From contig NW_027253510.1 in assembly GCF_044704955.1 (NCBI RefSeq), positions 124,001 to 188,000 on the forward strand: DNA of 64,000 bases, in the 5' to 3' direction. A model generated the notes under the pieces. That model was not told the DNA's origin and did not search any database. It saw nothing but the letters and a program-made list of their open reading frames with translations. The stretch is from Pristiophorus japonicus (lineage: Eukaryota). Positions 1 to 13,162 of the stretch are shown piece by piece (positions within the stretch are counted from its first letter, which is position 1; every line of letters starts with the position of its first letter). The translations under genes and the position numbers were made by a program.

Positions 1-3000
1 TTGGCACTAAAATGGACAACCCCACATTTATCCACATGATACTGCATCCATCATGTATTTGCCCACTCACCTAACCTGTCCAAATCACCCTGCAGCCTCT
101 TAGCATCCTCCTCACAGCTCACACTGCCACCCAGCTTAGTGTCATCTGCAAACTTGGAGATATTACACTCAATTCCTTCATCTAAATCATTGATATATAT
201 ATTGTAAATAGCTGGGGTCCCAGCACTGAGCCCTGCGGCACCCCACTAGTTACTGCCTGCCATTCTGAAAAGGACCCATTTATCCTGACTTTCTGCTTCC
301 TGTCTGCCAACCAGTTCTCTATCCACATCAATACATTACCCCCAATACCATGTGCTTTAATTTTGCACACCAATCTCTTGTGTGGGACCTTGTCAAAAGC
401 CTTTTGAAAGTCCAAATACACCACATCCACTGGTTCTCCCTTGTCCACTTTACTAGTTACACTTCTCAAAAAATTCTAAAAGATTTGTCAAGCATGATTT
501 CCCTTTCATAAATCCATGCTGACTTGGACCAATCCTGTCACTGCTTTCCAAATGCACTGCTATTTGATCTTTAATAATTGATTCCAACATTTTCCCCATG
601 ACTGATGTCAGGCTAACTGGTCTATAATTACCTGTTTTCTCTCTCCCTCCTTTTTTAAAAAGTGGTGTTACATTAGCTACCCTCCAGTCCATAGGAATTG
701 ATCCAGAGTCGATAGACTGTTGGAAAATGATCACCAATGCATCCACTATTTCTAGGGCCACTTCCTTAAGTGCTCTGGGATGCAGGCCCCGGGTATTTAT
801 CGGCCTTCAATCCCATCAATTTCTAAAACACAATTTCCTGACTAATCAGGATTTCCTTCAGTTCCTCCTTCTCCCTAGACCCTCGGTCCCCTTGTATTTC
901 CAGAAGGTTATTTGTGTCTTCCTTCGTGAAGACAGAACCAAAGTATTTGTTCAATTGGTCTGCCATTTCTGTGTTCCCCATTATAAATTCACCTGAATCC
1001 GACTGCAAGGGACCTACGTTTGTCTTCACAAACTTTTTTCTCTTCACTTGTCTATAGAAGCTTTTGCAGTCAATTTTTATGTGCCCAGCAAGCTTCCTCT
1101 CAATCTCTATTTTCCCCCTCCTTATTAAAACCTTTGTCCTTCTCTGCTGAATTCTAAATTTCTCCTGGTCCTCAGGTTTGCTGCTTTTTCTGGCCAATTT
1201 ATATGCATCTTCCTTGGATTTAACACTGTCCTTAATTTCCCTTGTTAGCCACGGTTGAGCTCCCTTCCCCGTTTTATTTTTACCCCAGACAGGGATGTAC
1301 AATTGTTGAAGTTCATCCATGTGATCTTTAAATGTTTGCCATTGCCTATCCACCATCAATCCTTTTAAGTATCATTCGCCAGTCTATTCTAGCCAATTCA
1401 CGTCTCATACCATCGAAGTTACCTTTCCTTAAATTCAGAACCCTAGTCTCTGAATTAACTTTGTCACTTTCCATCTTAATAAAGAATTCAACATATTATG
1501 GCCACTCTTTCCCAAGGGGCCTCGAGCAACAAGATTGTTAATTAGTCCTTTCTCGTTACACATCACCCAGTCTAGGATGGCCAGCCCTCTAGTTGTTCTT
1601 CGACATATTGGTCTGGAAAACCATCCCTAATACACTCCAGGAAATCCTCCTCCACCGTACTGTACCTGTTTGGTTAGCCCAATCTATATGTAGATTAAAG
1701 TCGCCCATGATAACTGCTGAATCTTTATTGCATGCATCCCTAATTTCTTGTTGGTGTTGTCCCCAAACTCACTACTACTGTTTGGTGGTCTGTCCACAAC
1801 TCCCACTAGCGTTTTCTGCCCTTTAGTATTCCGCAGCTCTACCCATACAGATTCCAGATCATCTAAGCCAATGTCCTTCCTTACTATTGCATTCACTCCT
1901 TCTCTAACCAGCAATGTTACCCTACCTCCTTTTCCTTTCTGTCTATCCTTCCTGAATGTTGAATACCCCTGAATGTTGAGTTCCCAGCCTTGGTCACTCT
2001 GGGGCCATGTCTCCATAATCCCAATTATATCATATTCGTTAATAGCTGCCTGAGCAGTTAATTCATCCACCTTATTACGAATACTCCTCGTATTGAGGCA
2101 CAGAGCCTTCAGCCTTGTCTTTTTAACACTCTTTGTCCCTTTAGACTTTTGCTGTAATGTGGCCCTTTTTGATTTTTGCCTTTGGTTTCTCTGCCCTCCA
2201 CTTTTATTTTTTCTTCTTTCTATTTTTTCCTTCTCCCACCATTTTATTTCCCTGTCTCCCTGCATAGGTTCCCATCCCCCTGCCATATTAGTTTAACCAC
2301 TCCCAAACAGCACTAGCAAACACTCCCCCTCGGACATTGGTTCCTGTCCTGCCCAGGTGCAGACCGTCCGGTTTGTACTGGTCCCACCTCCCCCAGAACC
2401 GGTTCCAATGTCCCAGGAATTTGAATCCCTCCCTGCTGCACCACTCCTCAAGTCACGTATTCATCTGAGCTATCCTGTGATTACTACTCTGACTAGCATG
2501 TGGCACTGGTAGCAATCCTGAGATTACTACCTTTGAGGTCCTGCTTTTAATTTAACTCCTAGCTCCCTAAATTCAGCTTGTAGGACTTCATCCCATTTTT
2601 TACCTATATCGTTGGTAGCTATATGCACCACGACAACTGGCTGTTCACCCTTCCCCTCCAAAATGTCCTGCAGCCGCTCTGAGACATCCCTGACCCTTGC
2701 AAGGAGGCAACATACCATCCTGGAGTCTCGATTGCGGCCACAGAAACGTCTATCTATTCCCCTTACAATAGAATCCCCTACCACGATAGCTCCTGCACTC
2801 TTCTTCCTGCCCTCCTGTGCAGCAGAGCCATCCATCATGCCATGAACTTGACTGCTGCTGCCTTCCCCTGATGACTCATACCCCCCCAATAGTACCCAAA
2901 ACGCTGTGTCTGTTTTGCAGGGAGATGACCACAGGGGAGCCCTGCACTATCTTCCTTCCACTGCTCTGCCTGATGGTCACCCATTCCTTATCTGCCTAAG

Positions 3001-3400
3001 TAACCTTTGCCTGCGCTGTGACCAACTCACTAAATATACTATTCATGACATCCTCAGCATCGCAGATGCTCCAGAGTGAATCCATGCGCAGCTCCAGTGC
3101 CGCAATGCGGTCTGTCAGGTGCTGCAGCAGGATATACTTCCTGCACATGTAGTCGTCAGGGACACTGGAAGCATCCCTGGCTTCCCACATAGCACAGGGG
3201 GAGCATGACATGTGTCTGAGCTTTCCTACCATGACTTAACCCTTAGATTAACTTAATTTGGCAACAATGTCAAAGGTAACCTACTGATAAGGAAATACAA
3301 GGAAGAAAAAAAGATTAAATACTCACCAATCCACCAGCCAATCACTTACCCGCTTGGCTGTGATGTCGCCCTTTGATTTCTTTCTACTTCTTTGTTTACC
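1..3400 (-). mobile_element. CR1-clade LINE, 5' part (ORF1 Cys-rich + SGNH esterase; ORF2 APE + RT), degenerate, runs off window start
   Basis: ORFs 2996-3232 (CSPCAMWE..CRKY), 2527-2889 (VVGDSIVRG esterase), 1684-2286 (CLNTRSIRNK..IMETW APE), 182-1359 ([31 protein letters not shown]); frameshifted. Confidence 0.95.
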
Positions 3401-3422
3401 TTCTGCCTCTGCACCAGATAGT

Positions 3423-3780
3423 CTCCCGACTCACCGGTCCTCGAACTCCTGCTGCCTATCGAAATCTCGGGCCTTTTATAGGCCTCCCGACTCACCGCTC
3501 CTCGAACTCCTGCTGCCTATCGAAATCTCGGGCCTTTTATAGACCTCCCAACTCACCGCTCCTCGAAGTCTCGCTGTCTCTCGAACTCTCGGGCCTTTTA
3601 TAGGCTCCTGACTCACCGCTCCTCGAACTCCCGCTGCCTCTCGAACTCTCGGGCCTTTTATAGGCTCCTGACTCACCGCTCCTCGAACTCCCGCTGCCTC
3701 TCGAACACTCGGGCCTTTTATAGGCCTCCCGACTCACCGCTCCTCGAACTCCCGTTGCCTGTTGAACTCTCGGGCCTTTT
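3423..3780 (-). repeat. ~60-bp tandem monomer array (~6 copies) at the CR1 5' end
   Basis: Unit ctcccgactcaccgctcctcgaactcccgctgcctctcgaactctcgggccttttataggc repeated. Confidence 0.9.
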
Positions 3781-4217
3781 TCTAGTGTCGGGGGCAGGAA
3801 GCAGTGGCAGCAAAGGTAAGAAGGGATATTAGTTCACCAGTGCCAGCTGCTCCCTTCCTTTATTGATTTGTTGCTAGCCCATTCTCTCTCAATTCACCAA
3901 TGTTGCTGTTAATCCATTCATCTGCTGATGTGCCTGCTGCTTCAGGAATTGATTTCCGTGTGTCCATGGCTCTGGAGTTGGTTCAGTTCTCACTGTCCCA
4001 CTAACTTACTGATTTGTTGGTATTGCCACTGCTCCCATTTATTCACTGATGCTCACAACTCCATTCGTTTTCTAACCAGAATTTGGGGTTTGCAGTTCTC
4101 CGTGTGTTTAATCCGGTCCGCCAATACTTGGAGAAGCCGGGCTCCCCCTCGCTGTTTGCCGAGTGTGTTTGTGGCTGCCCAAATCCAATTGTGGGCTGCA
4201 GCCCGACCCATTCAATG

Positions 4218-4562
4218 AGAACAACTTGTATTTATAGTGCCTTTAACGTAATAAACCCTCACAAGGCGCTTCTCAGGAACGGTATCAGACACAATTTGAC
4301 ACCGAGCCACATAAACAGATATTAAGCCAGGTGAAGAGATCGGGTTTAAGGAGTGACCAAAAGGAAGTAGAGACGGAGAGGTTTAGGGAGGGAATGCCAC
4401 AGCTTCGGGCCCAGACAGCTGAAGGCACGGCCACCAGAATGGTGGGGCGAAGGAAGTGGGGGATGCACAAGAGGCCAGAATTGGAGTGCAGAGTTCCCGG
4501 AGGGTTGAAGGGCTGGAGGAGGTTACAGAGATAGGGAAAGGGCAAGGCCGTGGAGAGATTGT
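4218..4562 (-). mobile_element. L2-clade LINE 3' fragment
   Basis: Begins with reverse complement of an AAAGGCRCTATAAATACAAGTTGT-type tail; related tails at ~31572 and ~32535. Confidence 0.6.
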
Positions 4563-5564
4563 AAACTCACTACCTGACTGATTTCATTTCCTCGAGTGGT
4601 TGAGTCTGAAGTGAGCACTCGTACCTACCCACCCAACACATTTACAATCACCCAATTGATATTTTTGGCCGAACCGACCCCCCAGACTCCTCGTTAGCTG
4701 TTGTTGGGCCTTGAGCCTACTTGAGGCTGATTGGCCTATGTTGCAATCCAGATGAACTCGAAGCACACCCCAGGACTCGCTTATCAGGCACTAAACGGCC
4801 ACCTACGCTTATTTAACGGAACTGGCGCCAGCACCATTAGCATACTCGAGGGTCCTAGCGCCTGCTTTAGGCGGCCGTCCCGAATGCCTGAAAATCTTCT
4901 GGGGCCATTGGATGTTTTCAGGTGCTCTTGGGGTGAAGGGCAGACCCTGGGAAATTGGTCATTCTTGCTCCTGTTTTCCGTCTGGATAATGGGCGCAACG
5001 ATGACCAATTTCTCACCCAATATTTCTCCAAAGCAAACAATCTCAGGCTGTTCAAACTCTCCTCATAGCCTCAGGTGCCTGAAGACAGAAACTTTTCTTT
5101 CACAGCCATAGTTCCCCAGCCTGTTTTGAAATAACGATGTTTTCAGTGATTGCCGTCCAAGATAACTATTAAGCAATTCATTAATAAGAGGAAGTTGAGT
5201 AACAGAAGCAAGGACATCCTTGGGGCTCAGTGCAATAAACCACATTGTGGAGTCTTGCTGGGACCCAAATTCCTCTTTATTTTTAAAGCTCAGATTTTAA
5301 CCAACAGGCCATCTCTTGGAGCAGGGGGAGTCAGTTAGTAACTCTGCCCTCCCCATGTCTCCCAGGAGTTAATGCCCAGTTAATGGACATGTGAGAAACT
5401 GTGCAACACCACATATCCCATCCGGCATTGCAAACCCATTTAAAGTAGTTCCAAACTTCTGTGTTTTTAAAATATTTTTCTATTTGTGACATTCAGAGTG
5501 AAGCATTTTAGAGCCACCGGTTTCTTTCTCCTTTTCTCCCCCTTCACATTACTGTGGCCGCAAC

Positions 5565-8500
5565 CGAGACTCCAGGATGGTATGTTGCCTCCCTGGTGCA
5601 AGGGTCAAGGATGTCTCGGAGCGGGTGCAGGACATTCTGAAAAGGGAGGGCGAACAGCCAGTTGTCGTGGTGCACATTGGTACCAACGATATAGGTAAAA
5701 AAAGGGATGAGGTCCTACAAGACGAATTTAAGGAGCTAGGAGCTAAATTAAATTAATAAAACGTAGGACCTCAAAAGTAGTAATCTCGGGATTGCTACCA
5801 CTGCCATGTGCTAGTCAGAGTAGGAATCGCAGGATAGCTCAGATGAATACGTGGCTTGAGCAGTGGTGCAGCAGGGAGGGATTCAAATTCCTGGGGCATT
5901 GGAACCGGTTCTGGGGGAGGTGGGACCAGTACAAACCGGATGGTCTGCACCTGGGCAGGACCGGAACCAATGTCCTAGGGGGAGTGTTTGCTAGTGCTGT
6001 TGGGGAGGAGTTAAACTAATATGGCAGGGGGGTGGGAACCAATGCAGGGAGACAGAGGGAAACAAAATGGAGACAAAAGCAAAAGACAGAAAGGAGATGA
6101 GTAAAAGTGGAGGGCAGAGAAACCCAAGGCAAAAAACAAAAAGGGCCACTGTACAGCAAAATTCTAAAGGGTCAAAGTGTAATAAAAAGGCAAGCATGAA
6201 AGCTCGGTGCCTCAATGCAAGGAGTATTCGGGACCCAGGAGAGGGCTCTGAGCTAGTTAGAATGGGTGAGAGCTCAGATGAACAGGGCCCTAAGAAAGAA
6301 TTCAAAAGGCAGGAGGCAACAGAGCAGAGTAGCACTGGGGTAAGTGTAAACCACAAGGTGATAGGAAGAGACAATATGTATGAATATAAAGGGGCTGCAG
6401 GAGGGGTCAAAACTACAAATCATGGTTTAAAAACTAGTATTAAAACACTCTACCTAAACGCACGCAGCATTCAAAATAAAGTAAATGAGTTGACGGCACA
6501 AATCATTACAAATGGGTATGATTTGGTGGCCATTACAGAAATGTAGTTGCAAGTTGGCCAAGACTGGGAATTAAACATACAGGGGTATCTAACAATTCGG
6601 AAAGATAGACAAGAAGGGAAAGGAGGTGGGGTAGCTCTGTTAATAAAGGATGATATCAGGGCAGTTGTGAGAGACGATATTGGCTCTAATAAACAAAATG
6701 TTGAATCATTGTGGGTGGAGATTAGAGATAGCAAGGGGAAAAAGTCACTGGTGGGGTTAGTTTATAGGCCCCCAAATAATAATTTCACGGTGGGGCGGGC
6801 AATAATCAAGGGAATAATGGAGGCATGTGAGAAAGGAACGGCAGTAATCATGGGGGATTTTAACCTACATATCGATTGGTCAAATCAAATCGCACGGGGT
6901 AGCCTTGAGGAGGAATTCATAGAATGCATACGGGATTGTTTCTTAGAACAGTATGTTACAGAACCTACAAGGGAGCAAGCGATCTTAGATCTGGTCCTGT
7001 GTAATGAGACAGGAATAATAAACGATCTCCTAGTAAAAGATCCTCTCGGAATGAGTGATCACAGTATGGTTGAATTTGTAATACAGATTGAGGATGAGGA
7101 AGTAGTGTCTCAAACGAGCGTACTATTCTTAAACAAAGGGGACTACAGTGGGATGAGGGCAGAGTTGGCTAAAGTAGACTGGAAACACAGACTAAACGGT
7201 GGCACAATTGAGGAACATTGAATGACTTTTAAGGAGCTCTTTCATAGTGCTCAACAAAAATATGTTCCAGTGAAAAAGAAGGGCGGTAAGAGAAGGGATA
7301 ACCAGCCGTGGATAACCAAGGAAATAAAGGAGAGTATCAAATTAAAAACCAATGCATAGAAGGTGGCCAAGGTTAGTGGGAAACCAGAAGATTGGGAAAA
7401 TTTTAAACGACAGCAAAGAATGACTAAGAAAGCAATAAAGAAAGGAAAGATAGATTACGAAAGTAAACTTGCGCAAAACATAAAAACAGATAGTAAAAGC
7501 TTTTACCGATATATAAAAAGGAAAAGAGTGACTAAAGTAAATGTTGGTCCCTTAGAAGATGAGAAGGGGGATTTAATAATGGGAAATGTGGAAATGGCTG
7601 AGACCTTAAACAATTATTTTGCTTCGGTCTTCACAGTGGAAGACACAAAAACCATGCCAAAAATTGCTGGTCACGGGAATGTGGGAAGGGAGAACCTTGA
7701 GACAATCACTATCACTAGGGGAGTAGTGTTGGACAGGCTAATGGGACTCAAGGTAGACAACTTTGAAATGCATCCCAGGGTATTAAAAGAGATGGCGGAA
7801 GTTATAGCAGATGCATTCGTTATAGTCTACCAAAATTCTCTGGACTCTGGGGAGGTACCAGCGGATTGGAAAGCAGCTAATGTAACGCCTCTGTTTAAAA
7901 AGGGGGGCAGACAAAAGGCAGGTAACTATAGGCCGGTTAGTTTAACATCTGTAGTGGGGAAAATGCTTGAAGCTATCATTAAGGAAGAAATAGCAGGACA
8001 TCTAGATAGGAATAGTGCAATCAAGCAGACGCAGCATGGATTCATGAAGGGGAAATCATGTTTAACTAATTTACTGGAATTCTTTGAGGAGATAACGAAC
8101 ATGGTGGATAGAGGTGTACTGATGTATGTGGTGTATTTAGATTTCCAAAAGGCATTCGATAAGGTGCCACACAAAAGGTTACTGCAGAAGATAAAGGTAC
8201 GCGGAGTCAGAGGAAATGTATTAGCATGGATAGAGAATTGGCTGGCTAACAGAAAGCAGAGAGTCGGGATAAATGGGTCCTTTTCGGGTTGGAAATCGGT
8301 GGTTAGTGGTGTGCCACAGGGATCTGTGCTGGGACCACAACTGTTTACAATATACATAGATGACCTGGAAGAGGGGACGGAGTGTAGTGTAACAAAATTT
8401 GCAGATGACACAAAGATTAATGAGAAAGCGGGTTGTGTAGAGGATACAGAGAGGCTGCAAAGAGATTCAGTTAGGTTAAGCGAATGGGCTAAGGTTTGGC

Positions 8501-9330
8501 AGATGGAATACAATGTCGGAAAATGTGAGGTCATCCACCTTGAAAAAAAACAGTAAAAGGGAATATTATTTGAATGAGGAGAAATTACAACATGCTGAGG
8601 TGCAGAGGGACCTGGGGGTCCTTGTGCATGAATCCCAAAAAGTTAGTTTGCAGGTGCAGCAGGTAATCAGGAAGGCGAATGGAATGTTGACCTTCATTGC
8701 GAGAGGGATGGAGTACAAAAGCAGGGAGGTCCTGCTGCAACTGTACAGGGTATTGGTGAGGCCGCACCTGGAGTACTGCGTGCAGTTTTGGTCACCTTAC
8801 TTAAGGAAGGATATACTAGCTTTGGAGAGGGTACAGAGACGATTCACTAGACTGATTCCGGAGATGAGGGGGTTACCTTATGATGATAGATTGAGTAGAC
8901 TGGGTCTTTAATCGTTGGAGTTCAGAAGGATGAGGGGTGATCTTACAGAAACATTTGAAATAATGAAAGGGATAGACAAGATAGAGGCAGAGAGGTTGGT
9001 TCCACTGGTCGGGGAGACTAGAACTAGGGGGCACAGCCTCAAAATACGGGGGAGCCAATTTAAAACCGAGTTGAGAAGGAATTTCTTCTCCCAGAGGGTT
9101 GTGAATCTGTGGAATTCTCTGCCCAAGGAAGCAGTTGAGGCTAGCTCATTGAATGTATTCAAATCACAGATAGATAGATTTTTAACCAATAAGGGAATTA
9201 CGGGGAGTGGGCGGGTAAGTGGATCTGAGTCCACGGCCAGATCAGCCATGATCTTGTTGAATGGCGGAGCAGGCTCGAGGGGCTAGATGGCCGACTCCTG
9301 TTCCTAATTCTTATGATCTTATTATGATCT
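5565..9330 (+). mobile_element. CR1-clade LINE (subfamily B), partial ORF1 + degenerate ORF2 + 3' tail
   Basis: ORF1 esterase C-terminus (DGLHL) 5792-6019; APE 6067-7221; RT 7363-8556 (FADD); tail cctaattcttatgatcttattatgatctta. Confidence 0.95.
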
Positions 9331-9349
9331 TATTTCCTCCCCAACCCCC

Positions 9350-10718
9350 TCTTTTCTAATGATGAAAGCAATGGCCAGATTGCACGTGTGGTGGCCCAGT
9401 ATCGATGCGGACTTAGAGTCCTGTGTGCACAAATGTAATACATGTTCACAGTTAAGCAGTGCATCCAGGGAGGCGCCACTAAGTTTATGGTCCTGGCCCT
9501 CCAAACCGTAGTCTTGGGTCCACGTCGACTGTGCAGGACCATTCTTGGGAAAAATGTTTTTAGCGGTTGTAGATGCGTACTCCAAATGGATTGAATGTGT
9601 GATAATGTCGGCAAGCACGTCTGCAGCCAGCATTGAAAGCCTACGGGCAATGTTTGCCATGTACGGCCTGCCTGATGTCCTTGTAAGTGACAATGGGCCG
9701 TGCTTTACCAGTGCCGAATTCAAGGAATTCATGACCCGCAATGGGTTCAAACTGACAAGTCTGCCCCGTTTATGCCAGCGTCCAATGGTCAGGCAGAACG
9801 AGCAGTTCAAACAATCAAGCAGAGCTTGAAAAGGGTAACTGAAGGTTCACTGCAGACTCGTTTATCCCGAGTCCTGCTTAGTTAACACACAAGACCCCAC
9901 TTGCTCACTAGGGTCCCTCCCACTGAACTGCTCACGAAAAGGGTCCTTAAGACAAGGCTCTCATTAGTCCACCCTGATCTACACGAACAGGTAGTGAGCA
10001 GGCGGCTTCAACAGAATACATATCATGATCGCGCAAATGTGTCATGCGACATTGAAGTAAATGACCCGGCATTTGTGTAACTATGGACAAGATCCCAAGT
10101 GGCTTGCTGGCACTGTTTTGGCCAAAGAGGGGAGTAGGGTGTTTGTGGTCAAACTTGCAAATGGAATCACCTGCAGAAAACACTTGGACCAAACCAAACT
10201 CAGATTTACGGTCTATCCAGAACAACCCAAAATAGACTCTACCTTTTTCGACCCTCCAACAAACACACAAGTGGCAACCGACCCAGCGGTTGACCACAAA
10301 GCAGAACCCATCACCCGCAGCAACCCAGCAAGGTTCACCACCCCCAGCAGCCCAGCAAGGCCAGCTGCGCAGCAACCCAGCGAGGGCCCAACAAACGACT
10401 CACCAAGACCAGCATTTACACCGAGACGATCAACCGGGGAAAGGAAGGCCCCAGATCGACTCACATTGTAAATAGTGACACTATTGACTTTTTGGTGTGG
10501 GGGGGGGGAAGTGTTGTTATGTATGTAAACCTGTAAATACCATGTCTAACCACCAGGGGGCTTATCCCCTGGAGTCCCAAGGGATCCCCTTGGGAGCACC
10601 TGTATATAAGGAGGTCTCACAGGCTGGAGAGGCACTCTGAGACCTGTAATAAAAGACTACAGTCACATTAACTTTGAGCTTGCAGTATCTAGTCTGACTC
10701 TTTATTCAAGACATAACA
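9350..10718 (+). mobile_element. Gypsy LTR retrotransposon 3' fragment (integrase, PPT, 3' LTR)
   Basis: Integrase motifs VDAYSKWIE, VSDNGPCF, SNGQAERAVQ; G-rich PPT ~10498-10511; LTR 10515-10718 bounded by TGTTATGT...ACATAACA with TATA ~10603 and AATAAA ~10648. Confidence 0.9.
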
Positions 10719-10739
10719 GATATAATTTCCAAACCTGCC

Positions 10740-12600
10740 ACATTGCTGCCACAATTTCTGATCTATGAGGGGGACCCGCATGAATGTCCATTACCCCTGA
10801 TTAACTTTGAGACCCATCCTGTGCAGAGAGAGCCCATACAGGGTGCGCCAGATGTCTACATCGATGGGGCCTCATATCACATTGAAGGATCCCCCACACC
10901 GGGTATGCTGTGGTATTGCCAGAAAGAACCATCCAGCGAAGATGCAACAGGCAATCCTCACAATATGCAGAAATCGCTGCACTTCTAATTGCTGTGAAGG
11001 AGACCTCAGATAGACCGGTGAATATTTGGTCTGATAATGCCTATGCATAAACACCATGTTCTCCTTGCCCCTATACCACAAAAATGACTATCGTACGATA
11101 TATGGCAAGGCCCTGGTCCATGGGCCCTGGTTACGCCTGCTCTGGTCATACCTTGGATAGCGATCCCAGCCCTGCTTCATAGGAAAGGTAGCAGCCCATA
11201 GAAAAGGGGGTCCACATAGCGAGGCAAATTCCAGAGCAGACAGAGCCCCCAAGGATGCTGCAATTGATGGGGAGATAGAGGATATAGTTGTTGAGCCCTG
11301 CAATGCAGTTAGCAAGGGCTCCCCACAGATCACCTAGATTTAAAATCCCTGCAGCAGCAATACTGGTCATAAGCACCTGGCACGAGGAAGGCAGACCCCT
11401 TCCTCAACCAACAGCCTGGGCTCCCAATACCAGACTAGCCACTGACCCTGACTCAGATGAGAAGTTGCTGATGTTCCAAAGAAAGCCGAACGCCTGCCCA
11501 TGGTGTGTGTTCCACCAGAGATGGGTCAGGAACTGCTCTCCCTCTTTCACTCCCACCCCACAGCAGAGCACTATTCGGCCCTGGTAACCTTCTATAAGGT
11601 AGCATCCAGAGCTTGGTGACCTTCCATGAGGGAAACAATCGACCAATATGTGGCACGATGCCTACCATGCCTGCAACACAATCTTCCCGCGTGTACTAAC
11701 TGAACCTTGCTTCAAAGCGCGCCTCCACCTCAAGGGCCATGGACTCACCTCCAAGTAGACTTCATTGGGCCACTTGTACAGGTGCAAGGTAATTTCAGCA
11801 TGCCCTAGTGGTGCTGGATCAATTCACTAAATGGATCGAAGCATTCCCCTGCCTCTCCAACACCACAATCACAGCAGCCAACACACGACTGAATCATGTG
11901 TTTTGTAGGTAGGGAGTACTGGTACAAGTGGACAGCGATCAAGGTTCACACTTTACCAGTAGGATTTTTACCCACCTGTTGGAAATGTTGGGGTAAAACA
12001 CAAACTACATATTGCTCACCGCCCCCAGTCGCCCGGAGGGGTTAAAAGGGGGAACAGCGACAGTGCACTGGAAATACGGGAAGGGGAGGGTCTCTGCTGG
12101 AGATGTTATTGTACTGTAGTGAACCCCTGATGTGTGGCGTACACCTTACGAGGTGTACAATGTATCAGGCCCAGTATGTGTATACAAGTCATGGGGAACA
12201 TTGTGTGACAACCAATGCCAAGACGACGAGGCATGGGACTTAGGAATAACCTATTAAGTCGTCCACCTTTTGTTTCACGCCAACCGCCCCAACTGTATTG
12301 GGTGACTATCGGCTGCTCCCGGTAAGCATTCATAACATCACCGACGTCAGGGTAGTGTTTCTAGAACAAGCAGAGGCCCTGAGAGTGGTGGATAACTTTG
12401 GCCGTCCACTTTCCCCTCTCTCTCTCCAAGCTTAAAATCCATTCTACAGCAGTCATCCACCTCACACAAACATTTAATACAATGAGACAGAACAATGCCA
12501 TAAACAGCAGAGCTATACAAAAGCTAAGAGTCAGCCCATGGTGGAAAACAGTGTATGATGGAGGACAACACCCCTGGCTCACGACCCTCTCTCTCAATGT
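10740..12600 (+). mobile_element. Decayed endogenous retrovirus-like fragment: RNase H, integrase, possible env remnant
   Basis: VYIDGAS (~10853), KVAAHRKGGPHSEANSRADRAPK (~11185-11253), GPWTHLQVDFIGPL / LDQFTKWIEAFP / DSDQGSHFT (11730-11960), with stops and frameshifts. Confidence 0.7.
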
Positions 12601-13162
12601 TTATGATATCATCATAAGGAAAATGAGGAAGAGGATGAGACAAATAAGGAGGATTTTAATTTGGAAATAAGACAATTTTTACGTGACATAATTGGTGACC
12701 ATTAGGATCTGCTACGTGAGAAAACTCCTGAGAAAGCTGAACCACCATATGCGAGCCCTGTGGAGATAAACCAAATGAAGGGTCAATTAGGATATTTCTG
12801 CCTCGAGGCAGGACATTTGTAAGAATAAAGATATATATTAATGATAGAATTGATATGGAATGTATGTAATAACGGTGAATTGTGTGTGTGTGTATAACTG
12901 TCGAAAGTGCAGATTACAGACAGGTTGCAGTTCAAGAGACAAAATACATCCAGTTAAAGCCTCCTCTTCTGCGTGGAGCTTAAGGAACAAAAGGAATATG
13001 ATTTTTGGGTGGGCAGGCCCATCAAAACTCACCAAACTAGAAAAGGTGTTAATGGGAAAACGATTAACCTAATCAAGGAGCAGTTCCAATTCCTGCAGAC
13101 AGTCACATGGGTGAGGAGAGCCAATAAAGAACTGCCTTGGAACCAAGACCCAATTCTGGGGC

